IMG/VR virus record: IMGVR_UViG_3300033068_001182
Span: 3,607-67,606 of that record
Length of the DNA: 64,000 nt
From: a virus
Direction: 5' to 3' (one strand)
Shown here piece by piece: positions 10,524 to 23,300 of this stretch (its first letter is position 1; each line of letters opens with the position of its first letter). The translations under genes and the position numbers were made by a program. The notes under the pieces were generated by a model. It searched no databases. It was not told where the DNA came from and was given only the letters and a program-made list of their open reading frames with translations.

Positions 10524-13500
10524 ATGAGTAAAAAAAGAAGCAAAAGATATGTAGATCCTATGGCTCCTTTGAATCAGGATAATTTACCTATTACTTTTTT
10601 TAAAGAAGATTTAGGTATTAAATTACCTAATTTAAATAGAGATTATATTGGTGATACAGGTAGTTCTGAATATGTTGGTAATGAATTTCAATTTACTGGA
10701 TATGATGATGAATTTACCTATAAAGAAGATATACCTTACTTAGAACAAATAAGAGGAGAAAATCAAGGATTCTTTTCTGCGTTAGGTAATTCTATTGGTA
10801 GAGCTGCTATAAATGTAATTCCTACTGTAATAGGTAATACTGCTTCTATACTTGATTTTGAAGATTATATAAATCAAGATAATGAAGTTGGTAACTCTAT
10901 TACTAGAGCTATGGAAGATTTCAAACAATCTGTTAATAAAGATTATTTACCTTTATATGGTGAAGCTACTGATATGGGAGATACTGCTTGGTGGTTAAGT
11001 AGAGGTTCTTCTTTAGTAGAATCTATTGGAGCTTTTGCTGCTACTGGTGCTGGATTAGGTGCTGGATTTAATGTATTAGGTAAAGGATTAAGTACTATTA
11101 AAGGCTTGTCTAATTTAGGTCAAGCAGGTAAAATTGCTGCTACAGTATTATCATCAACAGGATTAAATCAAGCAGAATCTATTACTACTGCTATGCAAGT
11201 ATATGATACTACTTACAATAATTCTTTACAACAAGGTAAATCAGATCAAGAAGCTAAAGAAGATGCTTCTGATGCTGCTTCATATTCTATTAATATAAAT
11301 AGAGCAAATATTGCTTTAAACTTAACTTCAGCAGGAGCTTTTATTAGATCACCTAAATTAACTAGACAAGTTAGAGAAGCTTTTGGTTATAATAAAACAG
11401 GTATGCTTTCTGAAGGTATTCAAGAATATGCTGAAGAAACAATTAACTATATTGCACAAAAAGAAGGTGAAAGATATGGTGAAGCCAAATCTAAAAATAA
11501 AGATTATAAATTTGATGTACAGAATGCTATAAATGATGCTTTATCTGCTGAAGGTATTGAAGCTGGAGTTATGGGATTTATTGGAGGTGCTGGACAAACA
11601 GCTTTAACATCAGTTTATAATAAACTTACTGGTGAAGCAGATAGACAAAATGAATTAAGTTTTAAACAACAAGAATCATTAGATAGAATTAATCAATTAC
11701 AAGAAAGTGAATTAGTTCCTAATATATCTAATGTATTTAAAAGTGTCGAAGAAAATGTTGCTTTACAAAAAGAAATACAAGATTCTATTATAGCTAATAA
11801 TCCTGCTAAAACTAAAGAATTACAATATCAACTACTTGATAATCAATTAGCTGATGCTTTAGCTAATGGTACAGTTGGACAATTAGAAAGTGTATATAAT
11901 AGTATATTAAATTTAACTCCAGATCAAGCAAAAGCAAAAGGATTAGATATTACTTCTGATTCAGAATATAATTATAAAAAGAAAGCAAGACAAGCATTAG
12001 ATTTAATATCTGATGTAGAAGATAGTTATTTAAATTTAGCTAATCAAAATTATTTAAATTTTAATGAAGTATTAAATTTAGATATACAAAATAAAGGTTT
12101 AACCAGATTAATTAATGAATTAAATACTAATTTAATTACTGGTACTCAAAAAGTATTATCTGATAAATTTAATAATGATATAGAAGGTGATATAAATGCT
12201 GAAAATGTTTCAGAAGAATTAAAAAACTTAGAATCTTATAAGGAATATATTCAATTTAAAACAATTAGAGATCAAGTTAAAAATACTATTAAAACTAATA
12301 GAGCCAAATTTGCTGAAGTAACTTCTAAAGAATATCAAAATAAACTTATAAAAGATCAACAAGAAATTGCTGAAAAAGAAATAAAAAAAGAAGAAGCAAA
12401 AATAGCTAAAGAAGAGGAAAAACAAGTTAAAAAGAATCAACAAGAATCTAAGAAGAAAGTTAAAGCTGCTCAAGTTAAAAAAAATGAAGTAGCTGAAACA
12501 GAAGAAGTAGATGAAGAATTTAATCTTGAAGAAGCAACTTTTGAAGAACCTCCTATTAATGATATTCCAGTTCCTAGTGTAGCAGATATACCTTTAGATG
12601 AACAAGAAGAAGGTTTACCAGCTGAATTTTTATTTAGTGCTGATGAACCAACTACTGAAGATATAGTTGTTACTAAAATATTAGATCAAGAAGAAATCTC
12701 TGATTCTGTTAATGAATTAAAAAATGATGGATTAGTTAGACTTCCTGGTGATTTAGAACTAGCTACTAAACCTTTAAAATATTTAGATGAAACTATCAAG
12801 AGAACAGTAGGTAATACAGTTATATCTTTAAATATACCTTATATAGAAGTAGTATTAGGTGATGTAGATACTGAAACTAATGTTAAAAGTATTTATGATA
12901 CTTATGATGATTCTGGTAATATACAAATAAATGAAAACTTTGATAGTAGATTACAATCTCCTAATCAGTTTAGTACTGGTACAGAATTAAATATTATTAT
13001 ACCTGTTTATGATCAATTAAATAAAGATAATTATAGTATTACAGACTATAATAATAATATTAATGATGTAGATTATTTTCCAATTGCTTTTACAGATAAC
13101 TCTGGTAAAGTAATAGGTTATTTACCTACACAAGAAAATATTAAAAAAAGAGTAGATCCTGATCATTTAGAAGTTGAGTTAGCTAAAAATAAAGCCTTTA
13201 GAGAGACTATTTTTAACAATAAGGACAAACAGTTCAGTGTAACAATTACAGCTAAATCTACAGGCTCTTTAATAGCTAATAGAGGCGTTGTAAAGAAATC
13301 TATATATAGTGCATTAGGTAATGGTGAAAAATTAGCTGATGAAGTAACTATAGCTATTCAAAAAGATAGTATATTACAAACAGCTATTGGTAAACATTTT
13401 GATAAAAAGATAATTAATAAAGAAGACTTAGAAGATGGTTTTGTATATACTGTAGTACCAACTGCTAAGAAAGGATCGTTTATAGCTTTACCTGCTGATA

Positions 13501-14288
13501 TATCTAAAGTTAGTAGAGAAGATGCTACAACTGTATTAAAAATGATACAATTATTTAAAGCTAATCCTAATAATACACAAGATGCTAATTTAATTAAAGA
13601 AAGAAAAGATATTTCTAACGAAGTTGATTTTGATAATATATTACAAACATTAGAAGCTATTAATAGTATATTATATACTTCTGAGAAATCAGATACTCAT
13701 ATGTTAAAGTTTGGTAAAAAGTTATTTTTAGGAGTATCTAAAGATTTAACTTTTAATTGGAATGATGTAATGTATGATTCTGCTACACAAGATAAAATTG
13801 TTGATATATTATCTAATAGATATTATTCAGTACAACTATCTAAGTTTGGTAAATCATATAAAAAATATCAATTAGTTGATAATAAATTATCTATACAAAA
13901 ATATAATAATTATTTTGACTATATTAATAACGGTTCTGTAATTACTACTAATATACAAGGTATTCCTGTTGAAGGAACAGATAATGAATATTATTTTACA
14001 GCACAATCAGTTATAGAGATAACAGATCCTGTTCAAACAATATTACAATTAGAAGAAACTTCTGAGGAAGAAATTGAAGTAGAAACAAAATCTAGAGTTA
14101 ATGTTGTAGCTGTAGAAGACGAAGTAAAACCTGTTAAAAAATCTAATAAAATGGGTATTAAATATAAACCTAATAAGAATAAAAATACACCACAAATTGA
14201 TGATGATATAACTAGTTTTAATACAATTAATAATATCAAAGATATTGATAAACAGGCACAAGAACTAATGAATAAATGTCGTAAATAA
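10524..14288 (+). CDS. Large virion cargo protein (RNAP-associated ejection protein)
   Basis: 1254 aa; Ala/Gly-rich hydrophobic helices, EGIQEYAEETINY motif, coiled coil and acidic linker; directly upstream of the virion RNAP. Confidence 0.6.
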   Translation: MSKKRSKRYVDPMAPLNQDNLPITFFKEDLGIKLPNLNRDYIGDTGSSEYVGNEFQFTGYDDEFTYKEDIPYLEQIRGENQGFFSALGNSIGRAAINVIPTVIGNTASILDFEDYINQDNEVGNSITRAMEDFKQSVNKDYLPLYGEATDMGDTAWWLSRGSSLVESIGAFAATGAGLGAGFNVLGKGLSTIKGLSNLGQAGKIAATVLSSTGLNQAESITTAMQVYDTTYNNSLQQGKSDQEAKEDASDAASYSININRANIALNLTSAGAFIRSPKLTRQVREAFGYNKTGMLSEGIQEYAEETINYIAQKEGERYGEAKSKNKDYKFDVQNAINDALSAEGIEAGVMGFIGGAGQTALTSVYNKLTGEADRQNELSFKQQESLDRINQLQESELVPNISNVFKSVEENVALQKEIQDSIIANNPAKTKELQYQLLDNQLADALANGTVGQLESVYNSILNLTPDQAKAKGLDITSDSEYNYKKKARQALDLISDVEDSYLNLANQNYLNFNEVLNLDIQNKGLTRLINELNTNLITGTQKVLSDKFNNDIEGDINAENVSEELKNLESYKEYIQFKTIRDQVKNTIKTNRAKFAEVTSKEYQNKLIKDQQEIAEKEIKKEEAKIAKEEEKQVKKNQQESKKKVKAAQVKKNEVAETEEVDEEFNLEEATFEEPPINDIPVPSVADIPLDEQEEGLPAEFLFSADEPTTEDIVVTKILDQEEISDSVNELKNDGLVRLPGDLELATKPLKYLDETIKRTVGNTVISLNIPYIEVVLGDVDTETNVKSIYDTYDDSGNIQINENFDSRLQSPNQFSTGTELNIIIPVYDQLNKDNYSITDYNNNINDVDYFPIAFTDNSGKVIGYLPTQENIKKRVDPDHLEVELAKNKAFRETIFNNKDKQFSVTITAKSTGSLIANRGVVKKSIYSALGNGEKLADEVTIAIQKDSILQTAIGKHFDKKIINKEDLEDGFVYTVVPTAKKGSFIALPADISKVSREDATTVLKMIQLFKANPNNTQDANLIKERKDISNEVDFDNILQTLEAINSILYTSEKSDTHMLKFGKKLFLGVSKDLTFNWNDVMYDSATQDKIVDILSNRYYSVQLSKFGKSYKKYQLVDNKLSIQKYNNYFDYINNGSVITTNIQGIPVEGTDNEYYFTAQSVIEITDPVQTILQLEETSEEEIEVETKSRVNVVAVEDEVKPVKKSNKMGIKYKPNKNKNTPQIDDDITSFNTINNIKDIDKQAQELMNKCRK

Positions 14289-14320
14289 TTTGTTTATTTC
14301 ATAAATTATTAGTAAATTTG
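14289..14320 (+). promoter_or_regulatory. Bacteroidota sigmaA-type promoter upstream of the virion RNAP
   Basis: TTTG 14289-14292, N20, TAAATTTG 14313-14320. Confidence 0.7.
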
Positions 14321-14338
14321 TAAAATACCAATTTAATA

Positions 14339-17300
14339 ATGATGAAATTTTGTCCAAATTTAAATTTACCTGAATCTAAAGCTCTAATTAAAAAGTTAGG
14401 GCTTTTGGGTTTTTATAAGCATTATATACAAAATAATTATAATATTTCTGATGATATACAAGATAATGTAAAATCTGTATCTGATTTACTATTTGTTAAT
14501 AAAAATAAATTTAATGCTTATCAACAACAGGAAATTATAAAATCTATTCTATATAAAATACAAGAATATAGAAATGAAGGTAATAGTAATGTACAAGATG
14601 TAATTAAATCTATTAAACAAGATTTAATAGAAACAGAATTATATTTTAGAAATCCTGATGAATTTGAAGCAACTGATGAAACAAATCAAATTGCTGATAA
14701 TATTAAAAATGTAATAGATAATTATGGAAAGTTTATTGAAAAAGTAAATAAACAATTATCTAGTATAGGATTAGGAATAACTAGAGAAAATAAAACTATT
14801 AATGAAAGTAATGAGGAAGAAGAATCTAATTATGATTCTATGGAAACATTGTTTCAAAAATTAAATTATGATGATGAATCTTCATTTTCTACATCATCTA
14901 AAGACAATGCGTCTGGTGATATTAAATTAGCATTATCTCTTATACCTAAATATGTATATGAAAATGGTAAATTAGTATTAGATGATGATAATAATCCTCA
15001 AGAAGAATTAAATCAAATATATTTAGCTAAATTTGAAGACTTAGATAGTATTTGGAAAGATTTACTATATACTTTAATTGATGTACCTATTGGTCAAAAA
15101 TTACAGTATTTAAAAGAATCTACTAATCCAAAACATCAAGTTATATATGATGCTATTATATCTAGTCCTAAAACTAATATACAAAATGAATTTGAATCTG
15201 TATTTAGCAAACAACAAGCTAACTTTACAACTGTATCTTTAAGTAAACCAGATAAGTCTGGTACTGTAACACTTAAAGTATTTGATACTAATAGATCAAA
15301 TGCTACTAATTTCTTAATTGATAATTGGTATGAAGCATTTTTACAAACAGATTTTGTTAAAGTAGATAAAGATGGTAATCAATATGTTGATTTTGAATTA
15401 GGTAAAAAAGCTAAAGCAATATTTGATTCTAATTTAGATACTATTAAATCTAATCCTGAATCTAAAGAAAATATTAGAAAACTTTTAAATTCATTAGGTA
15501 TATCAGTTAGTCCTAAAATATTAACTGAAAAAGTTTATGTAAATAAAAATTCTATTGATTTTGATACAATTATTAAATCTAAATTAAAATATTTTTTTAA
15601 TAGATTAGCTGGAGAGACTAAAGAAGAAGAATTAGAAGATACTTTAGAATACAATAATCCTTTTATTGGTGAAACAGATAGTATTGAATTATTAGCTAAA
15701 TTAGAAAATAAAGCTAATCCTTCTGTATTTGAAGATTCTTTTGTATCTGGTGATAATAAAGCAAAATATTCTTTTGTTAATAATTCTTATTTATCTCATA
15801 AAATAAGACAATTAAAATCAGATTCTAAATATATAAATAAATTAAAACAAGTTCCTTATACTGCTAATTCACTTTGGTTAATTAATGATGCATTTATAGA
15901 TGCTTTAACAGTTACTTATGTAGATACATTAGGTAATGAAAAATCTAATCAAACTAATAAACCTTTTAAAAGAATGTCAACTAGAGAAAAAGAATTCTCT
16001 AGAATTGCTATGTTTCAAAATAGAGGTATAGGTACAACTAAAGAAACTTCTGATGTAGGTTTGTTTGTAGGATTAATACCTTCAGATAAAACTACTATAC
16101 CTGTATTTAAAAGTTTGAAAATAGATGTTAGATATAATGATAACAGATTTAATAGTGAAGTTATAGATACTATTTATAATCAATTTATTAGTGAATATAA
16201 TCGTGTTAAAGAAACTTTTAAACAATTAGAAGATAATAATGTACAAAAGATAGCGGAGTATCATACAGGAGCTAAATTAGGTACTAAATTTATTATATTT
16301 CCTTTTCTTAATAAAATATTAGTTAAAGATGGTCAATTACTTGAATTAGACTCTCAAAGACTAGAAGATTTAGTTAAACCAGAACTTGAGAGTTTCTTAC
16401 AAGATTTAGTTAAACAACAAATATCTTATTGGAATAGTTTAAATTTAAATAAAAAAATTATATTTGATAAATCTTATTCTAAGAAAAAAGGTTATAAACA
16501 AGATGTATCTGATAACTTAGAAAAGTTAGCGGCTGACTATGCTATTAATTATTTTGTATTTTTTATGAATCAAACTCAATTAATATCAGGTGATCCTGCA
16601 TTACATGGTAAGTCAGTTTATGATGATAAAGCTAAAGGTATTATTGAAGAAATTAAATCTATTGATAAAACTTGGGTTAACTATTTTAAAAGGATGGCTA
16701 AAGATATAGCTCCTGGATTAGATGGTAACTTTGAAAGTGATACTTTTACTACTATATTTTTAAAAGATTTAAAATATGATACTTCTCATTTAAATGAATA
16801 TAATGAAAAAATAGGTGAAGTAGCTCAATCATATACTAATATGAATCCTGCTGATGCTCAAGAATATACAACTCTTCCAGAACATCTTAGAGTAATGGAT
16901 GCTATGGGTAGACTTACTCAGGAACAAAAAGAAGCTGGTGAAAGACTTATTAATGGTGGTATAGATACAGGTGATATACAACTTATATTACAACCTGTTA
17001 AACCAGTATATGTTACAGATAAAATAGAAGATAATATTAATAAATTATATTATATTAAGACTTCTTCTTTTCCATTAATTCCGGCATTAACTGTTGGTTT
17101 AGAAATAGATAAACTTAGATTAGCTATGGAAGCTAATGGAATAGATAGAGCTGTTTATGAATCAGGTGTTAAACTTGGATTACAAGGAGAACTATCAAAT
17201 GTATCTAAAGATGGATTTATTAAATTTAATAATTTAGAAATAAGTCCAGAACAAAAAATACAATTAAGTAGATCCGGATTTAGAATACAACAAGAATTAC

Positions 17301-20300
17301 CTTATCATGCTGAAGATAATACTATATTAGAAGGATCTCAAGCAAGAAAGCATATATTTAATGATCTTGATGATAACGATATTATTACTCACAATGGTAA
17401 AGAATTAAAAGCTAATGAAGCAAAACAACTATATGAAGATTTACATATAGAAAAAATGAATAGAGCTTTTGATCAATTTATGGAAGATATATCTTATGAT
17501 TCTACTTTAAATAAAATTACTGATTTATCTAAAATTGAAAAAATACTTAGAGATGAAGCAGAGTCTAGAGAATACTCTATAAACGATATATATTCTATTC
17601 AAGTAATTAATGATAATGGAATAAAAAGATTTAAAGTTCCTTTGTCATTTACTAATAATTCTAATAGATTTGAATCCATACTTAATGCTTTAGTTACTAA
17701 TAGAGTAATTAAACAAGAACTTCCCGGATTTAGTAAAGTACAAGGTTCTGGTGCAGGATTTAGTAAAATAGCAGGATTTGATGAAGCTAACTCTATACTT
17801 AAATCAGGTATAACTTGGTTATCAGATGATACAGAATTAAAATATATTAGAGAAGAAAATGGTAAATTAGTACAAGCTGATGTATTAGTACCTTCTTGGT
17901 TTAAAGATAGTAAAGGTAGACTTCTTAACATTAGAAATTTTGTTAAAGAAGATGGTACATTAGATACTGATAAATTACCAGAAGAATTACTTACTGTAAT
18001 TGGTATTAGAATTCCTACTCAGGGATATGGAAGTATTATGTCTTTTAAAGTTAAAGGATTCTTACCAGCATGGGTAGGAGATTTAGCTATTGTACCTTCT
18101 GAAATTGTTGCTCAAATGGGTAGTGATTTTGACGTAGATAAACTATTTTTTTACAGATATGAATATACTTATAATAAAGGAGTATTGACTAAAGTTAATC
18201 CTGATATTACAGATATTTCTAAAATGTCTGAAGCTGAAATAAACAATGCTATTATACAATTCTTTGAAGATAGATATTCTGATCCTAAGATGTTAGCTCA
18301 AATATTAGAGCCTAATGGTTTTGGTAAATTACCTAAAACAGCAGATATAGTATCTAAAACACAAAAAGGAAATAAGTCTTTACATATATTTACAACTAAA
18401 GAACAAAACAATATACACAAACTTAATAATGATGGTAAATCTGGTACAGGTATATTTTCATTATTTAGTACATTTAATAGAGTAGCACAAGATGCTAAAC
18501 TAAGATTAACAACTCCTTTCAAATTTAAAAATAGTAAAGATCAAGTAGTTGAACTTAGTAATTTTTATGAAGTAAATAATATTGAAGAATATAAAAAATC
18601 TTCAGTTATTCTTTATTTACAATCAGCCGCTGTAGATAATTCTAAAGAACAAATATTAGGTAAACTTAATATTAATGATCATACTATGGGTGTAGCTGGT
18701 ACAATGGCTATGCTTGGATTAGATGAACAATTTATAGGATATTTTTTATCTCAACCTTCTATTATAGAATATGTTAATAAAGTATCAGAAGCTGGTGATA
18801 TTATTGATGGTAAATATGATCCCAATGCTAAAAATAAAGCAATACGAGAATTAATTTCTAAATATACTCCTAAAGATATAGATGAAACAAAAGTTTTATC
18901 TTTGATAAATAGTTTCAATTATGGAGCAAAAGAATTATTAGAATCTTTAAATAGCAATATAGAAGTAAACGCATTAACAACTTTAACTCCAGAAGAATTA
19001 AATCTTGTATCAAATATAAATACATTATTTCAACTAAAAGTAATTATTGATTTTGATAATTTAAGAGAAATTGCAGATAATATACAAACTATACAATCAG
19101 CTATTAATGTTGATACTAAAGGATTAGGTTCTTCTTTTACTACTTTAGAAAACAAAGTAATTCAAATAGATAAATTAATTTCTGCTTCAAAAACATTATA
19201 CTATCCTATATTAGGAGTAAAAAATATATTTTTTAATAATAATGTTATTAGTAAATCTACTCAAATATTAAAACAAACTAGAAATATATATGCTAATGTA
19301 TTGTCACAAGGTACAGAAGCTTATGTATATGCTGTTGATAAAATATTTAAAACAGTTGATCTTACAGAAACAGATAATAACTTAGCTGATATATATAAGA
19401 ATATTAAATCTTACATATTATCTTCTGAAGAAATTATTCCTGATATTGAAGAAGAAAGAAAAAGATTATTATACAGCAAAGAAAGTTTAGCTAAAAGATG
19501 GAACACTTATTCTAAATCAGCTAAAGGTAGAAAAAATATTCTTACTCAAAGAATTAAACCTAGATTTAGTAAAGAAAAAGGTGAACCAGATTTAGTAACA
19601 GCTTTAAATACACCAGCATCCAATAATGCGGTAGATGTTAATAATTCTATGATGTATTTTTATGATATGATTATGTCTAATGATCCTGAAGAATCTAATT
19701 TAGCAGAAGATTTAGTAAAATATTTTATTATAACTGGTGCACAATATGGTCCATCATCAATAGGTAAATATATATCTTATGATGTATTAGAAAAATATGA
19801 TTTTAGTAAAAAACTTAGAAGTATTGAAGATAGATTAGGTAATCCACAAGTATTAGAAGGATTTATAGATCAATATTTTCAAAATAATCCTAGTAAAGCT
19901 AAATCATTTGATTTAGAAAAATATCCTGATTTTATCGAATTTAAAGATATTGCAGGATTGGTCACTAGAGATGAAGACTTGGCTGGATATATTGTAAGTT
20001 ATGATGAAAATAAATTTGAATTTAATTTATATAAAAATATAGGAGGATTAAAATATCAAAAAATACCTGTATTGGTTAATACTAAAACACCTATTAAAAA
20101 ATATAACTTTAATAGTAATAATACTAGTTCATCAGTAGAACAAAAACAAACTATTAACATACCTACTAAAAAACAAATTACTAATACTAATTTAATAGAA
20201 GATAAATACAATTTTGATAATGGTACAGAAGCAATATTAAAAAGTATAATTAATAATACAAATAATGAATATTTCAGAAATATTGCTATTGATCTATTAT

Positions 20301-23300
20301 CTAAAGGATTGGTTAATGTTAAAGTTGATAGTTCTTTAGATAGACCTAGTAATGGTTGGTATGATTCATCTAACAATACTATATCAATTAATTTTGAAAA
20401 TATATTAAGATATACTGGTAAAGAAGATTCTAAATTTGAAGAAGTATTTTTACACGAATTACTACATGCTGGTACAGTTACTATATTAGATAACTATATT
20501 AAACTTAGACAAGATAATTCTCCTGATCAAATTGTTAAAAAAGGTATTATGACTAGAGAGCAAGTAATTGCTGCTAATAATATTAATAGATTATATGAGG
20601 AATATAAGAAACAATATCCAGATCAAGAAAAATTAAATAAATATATTGATATTAATAATAGAAGATTATATAGTAATATTACTAAAGATGAAATGCAATT
20701 TTTAGTAGATAATAAATCTGAATTATATCCATTAGTTAATTTAGATGAGTTTGTTGCTGCTGGATTAACCAATCCTAATTTTAGTAATACTCTTAAATCT
20801 AATAATTTATGGACTAAATTAGTTAAATTTATATCTGATTTATTAGGTATTAATGCTACTGATTTAGATGCTTTATATAGTAATACTATTAATTTAATCG
20901 AAACTGTTGAAACATTAAATAATGAAGATAATATATCAGATGATATATCAGAAGATAATGAATATAATAGACGTAAGTTTATAGAACAAAGAAATGAATT
21001 TTTAAGAGCTTACAGAGTACCTAAAGTTAATAATGGATATGGTTATGATGTTGGTAGAACATTCTCTAAAGAAGCTCAAGAAGGTTATTTAACAGCTAAT
21101 AAAAATTCTAAATATGATAGAATAAGAATTGAGTTTTTTAATGACCAATTAAGAATTAAAAGAGTTGATCCAGTTAGTTTATTTGATGATATAACAGATA
21201 CTATAGATACTCAAGAAAAAAGATTTATTGATAGAGTGCTTAGTAGATATAAAGATAACTTAAAAAGACTTGAAAATAAAAAGAAACAATTAGGTGATAA
21301 TGCACCAGCTGATTTAGTAGTTAAGATAGAAAACTTTAAGAAAAAGATTGCTGAATTAACAGAGAAACAATCTATTGTTGCTATTATAGAATCTACTGAA
21401 AATAAAATTAAAGAGATTAAAAAATCATTAAATGATGATGAAATAACTCCTGATAATTTATATGAATATAGAAGTTATTTAAATGTGCTTTATGATTTAA
21501 ATCAACAAATAGAATTTGATGAAGAATTTGAAGATTTAGAAATAAGATTAAATAACGTATCAGCAGAAGCTGTTAAATTGTTTAAATCTCTTAGAGTAAA
21601 AGAAATTAATTTACTTCAACAAGTTATTGACAATAAACTTGATTTAGCAGTACCTTTAAAGCTACAAAAACAAATTGAAGCTGGATTAAAAGATGTTGGT
21701 ACAGGAGAATCTGGATTTTTAGATTATGCTGCATCATCTTCTTCTATAATTCAATCAATTGGTTATTTAATTGAAGAAGCTAAATTTGAAGCTAATCAAA
21801 AACATGATTTGTTTGTAGAAGAATTTACACCATTGTTAAAAGAATTCTTATCTAAGTATAAGAATTATGATATATTATTACAAAAGGATGCTAATGGTAA
21901 GCCTACAGGATTCTTATTGAATAAATATTCACAAGAGTATTACAGAAGATCTAAAAAGAATTTTAAGTTTTATAATCAAAATACAGTTGTAGAATTTACT
22001 GAAACAGGTTTAGAAGATTATAATGCTGATAGAGAAATAGCTAAAGAAACATTATCAGATAATGATTATGTATTATGGTTAATGCTACATTCTCCTACTG
22101 AATATATAAAAGATTGGAAAGCTGGTAAAAGACCTAAAGCTAAAGGATCTGAAAAATATCTTAAAATTAGACCTATTGATAAATGGATTGATCCTAATTA
22201 TAAGAAATTAACTGATTTAGGTGAAGAAGATCCTGCTGTTAAATTTTATAATTATATAGAACCTATTTTAAGAAAAGCAGGTAGAAAACATAAACAACAA
22301 GTAAATTATATTCCAGAAATTAGTAAATCTACTTTAGATTATTTTCTTGAAGGAAATGTAAAAAGTGGTATATCTAATATAGCACAAGGATTATTAGATT
22401 CTATTACTGTAGATTTAGATAATTCTTCTAATACAGAAATAGATGAATATACTGGAGAACCTAGATTATCTATACCAGTACTTATGTTTAGTAATAAATT
22501 AAAACCAGAAGAAAAATCTTATGATTTAGCTAGAATAATTGAAGCAACTCAATATCAAGAATATGTATTAACTGCTAAAAGAGAAATTGAACCTTTATTA
22601 AATATATACTATGCTATTATAAAAGATTCTAAATCTTTAGCAACTAAACCTGGTTCAACTGGTGAAGTATTAATTGATAAAGCTCCTCAAAAGATGTTAG
22701 ATCAGTCTAACTTTTTAATTCAATCTTATTTATATAATAAGACTACTGAATTAGAAGGAGTATCTAGTGTAAAAATTAAAGGTAAAAATCTTGCTGCTTC
22801 TAAAGCAACAGATGCTTTAATTAATTATGTTAGAATTAAAGGTATGGCATTTAATCCATTTTCTGCTATTGGTAATATTATGCAGGGTTTGACTTCAAAC
22901 TTTATATATGGTTCTGGTGGTGAATACTTTAATGTTAAAGACCAGTTTAAAGCTTTTGGATTAATGTTAAATTCATTAGCAGGTTCTACATCTGAAGCTA
23001 GAAAAATATCCAAATTAATGAGGAAATTTGATGCTTTTGCTAAAGCTAATGATTTGAAATTTGGTACATCTAGAGATATTAAATCTACTGTTAATAGTTT
23101 AGATAATTTCAGTTGGTTTGAATTACAACAAAGAGGTGAATATTTTATTCAAGGTCAAACATTATTATCTGTTCTTATACATGATAATTATTATAATAAG
23201 TTTGATGAAAATGGTAATTGGACTGGTGAAGATTCTAATCCCTTTGAAGATCCTAAATTTATGTACAATTATACTCAAAAAGTAAGAGATGCTATAATTG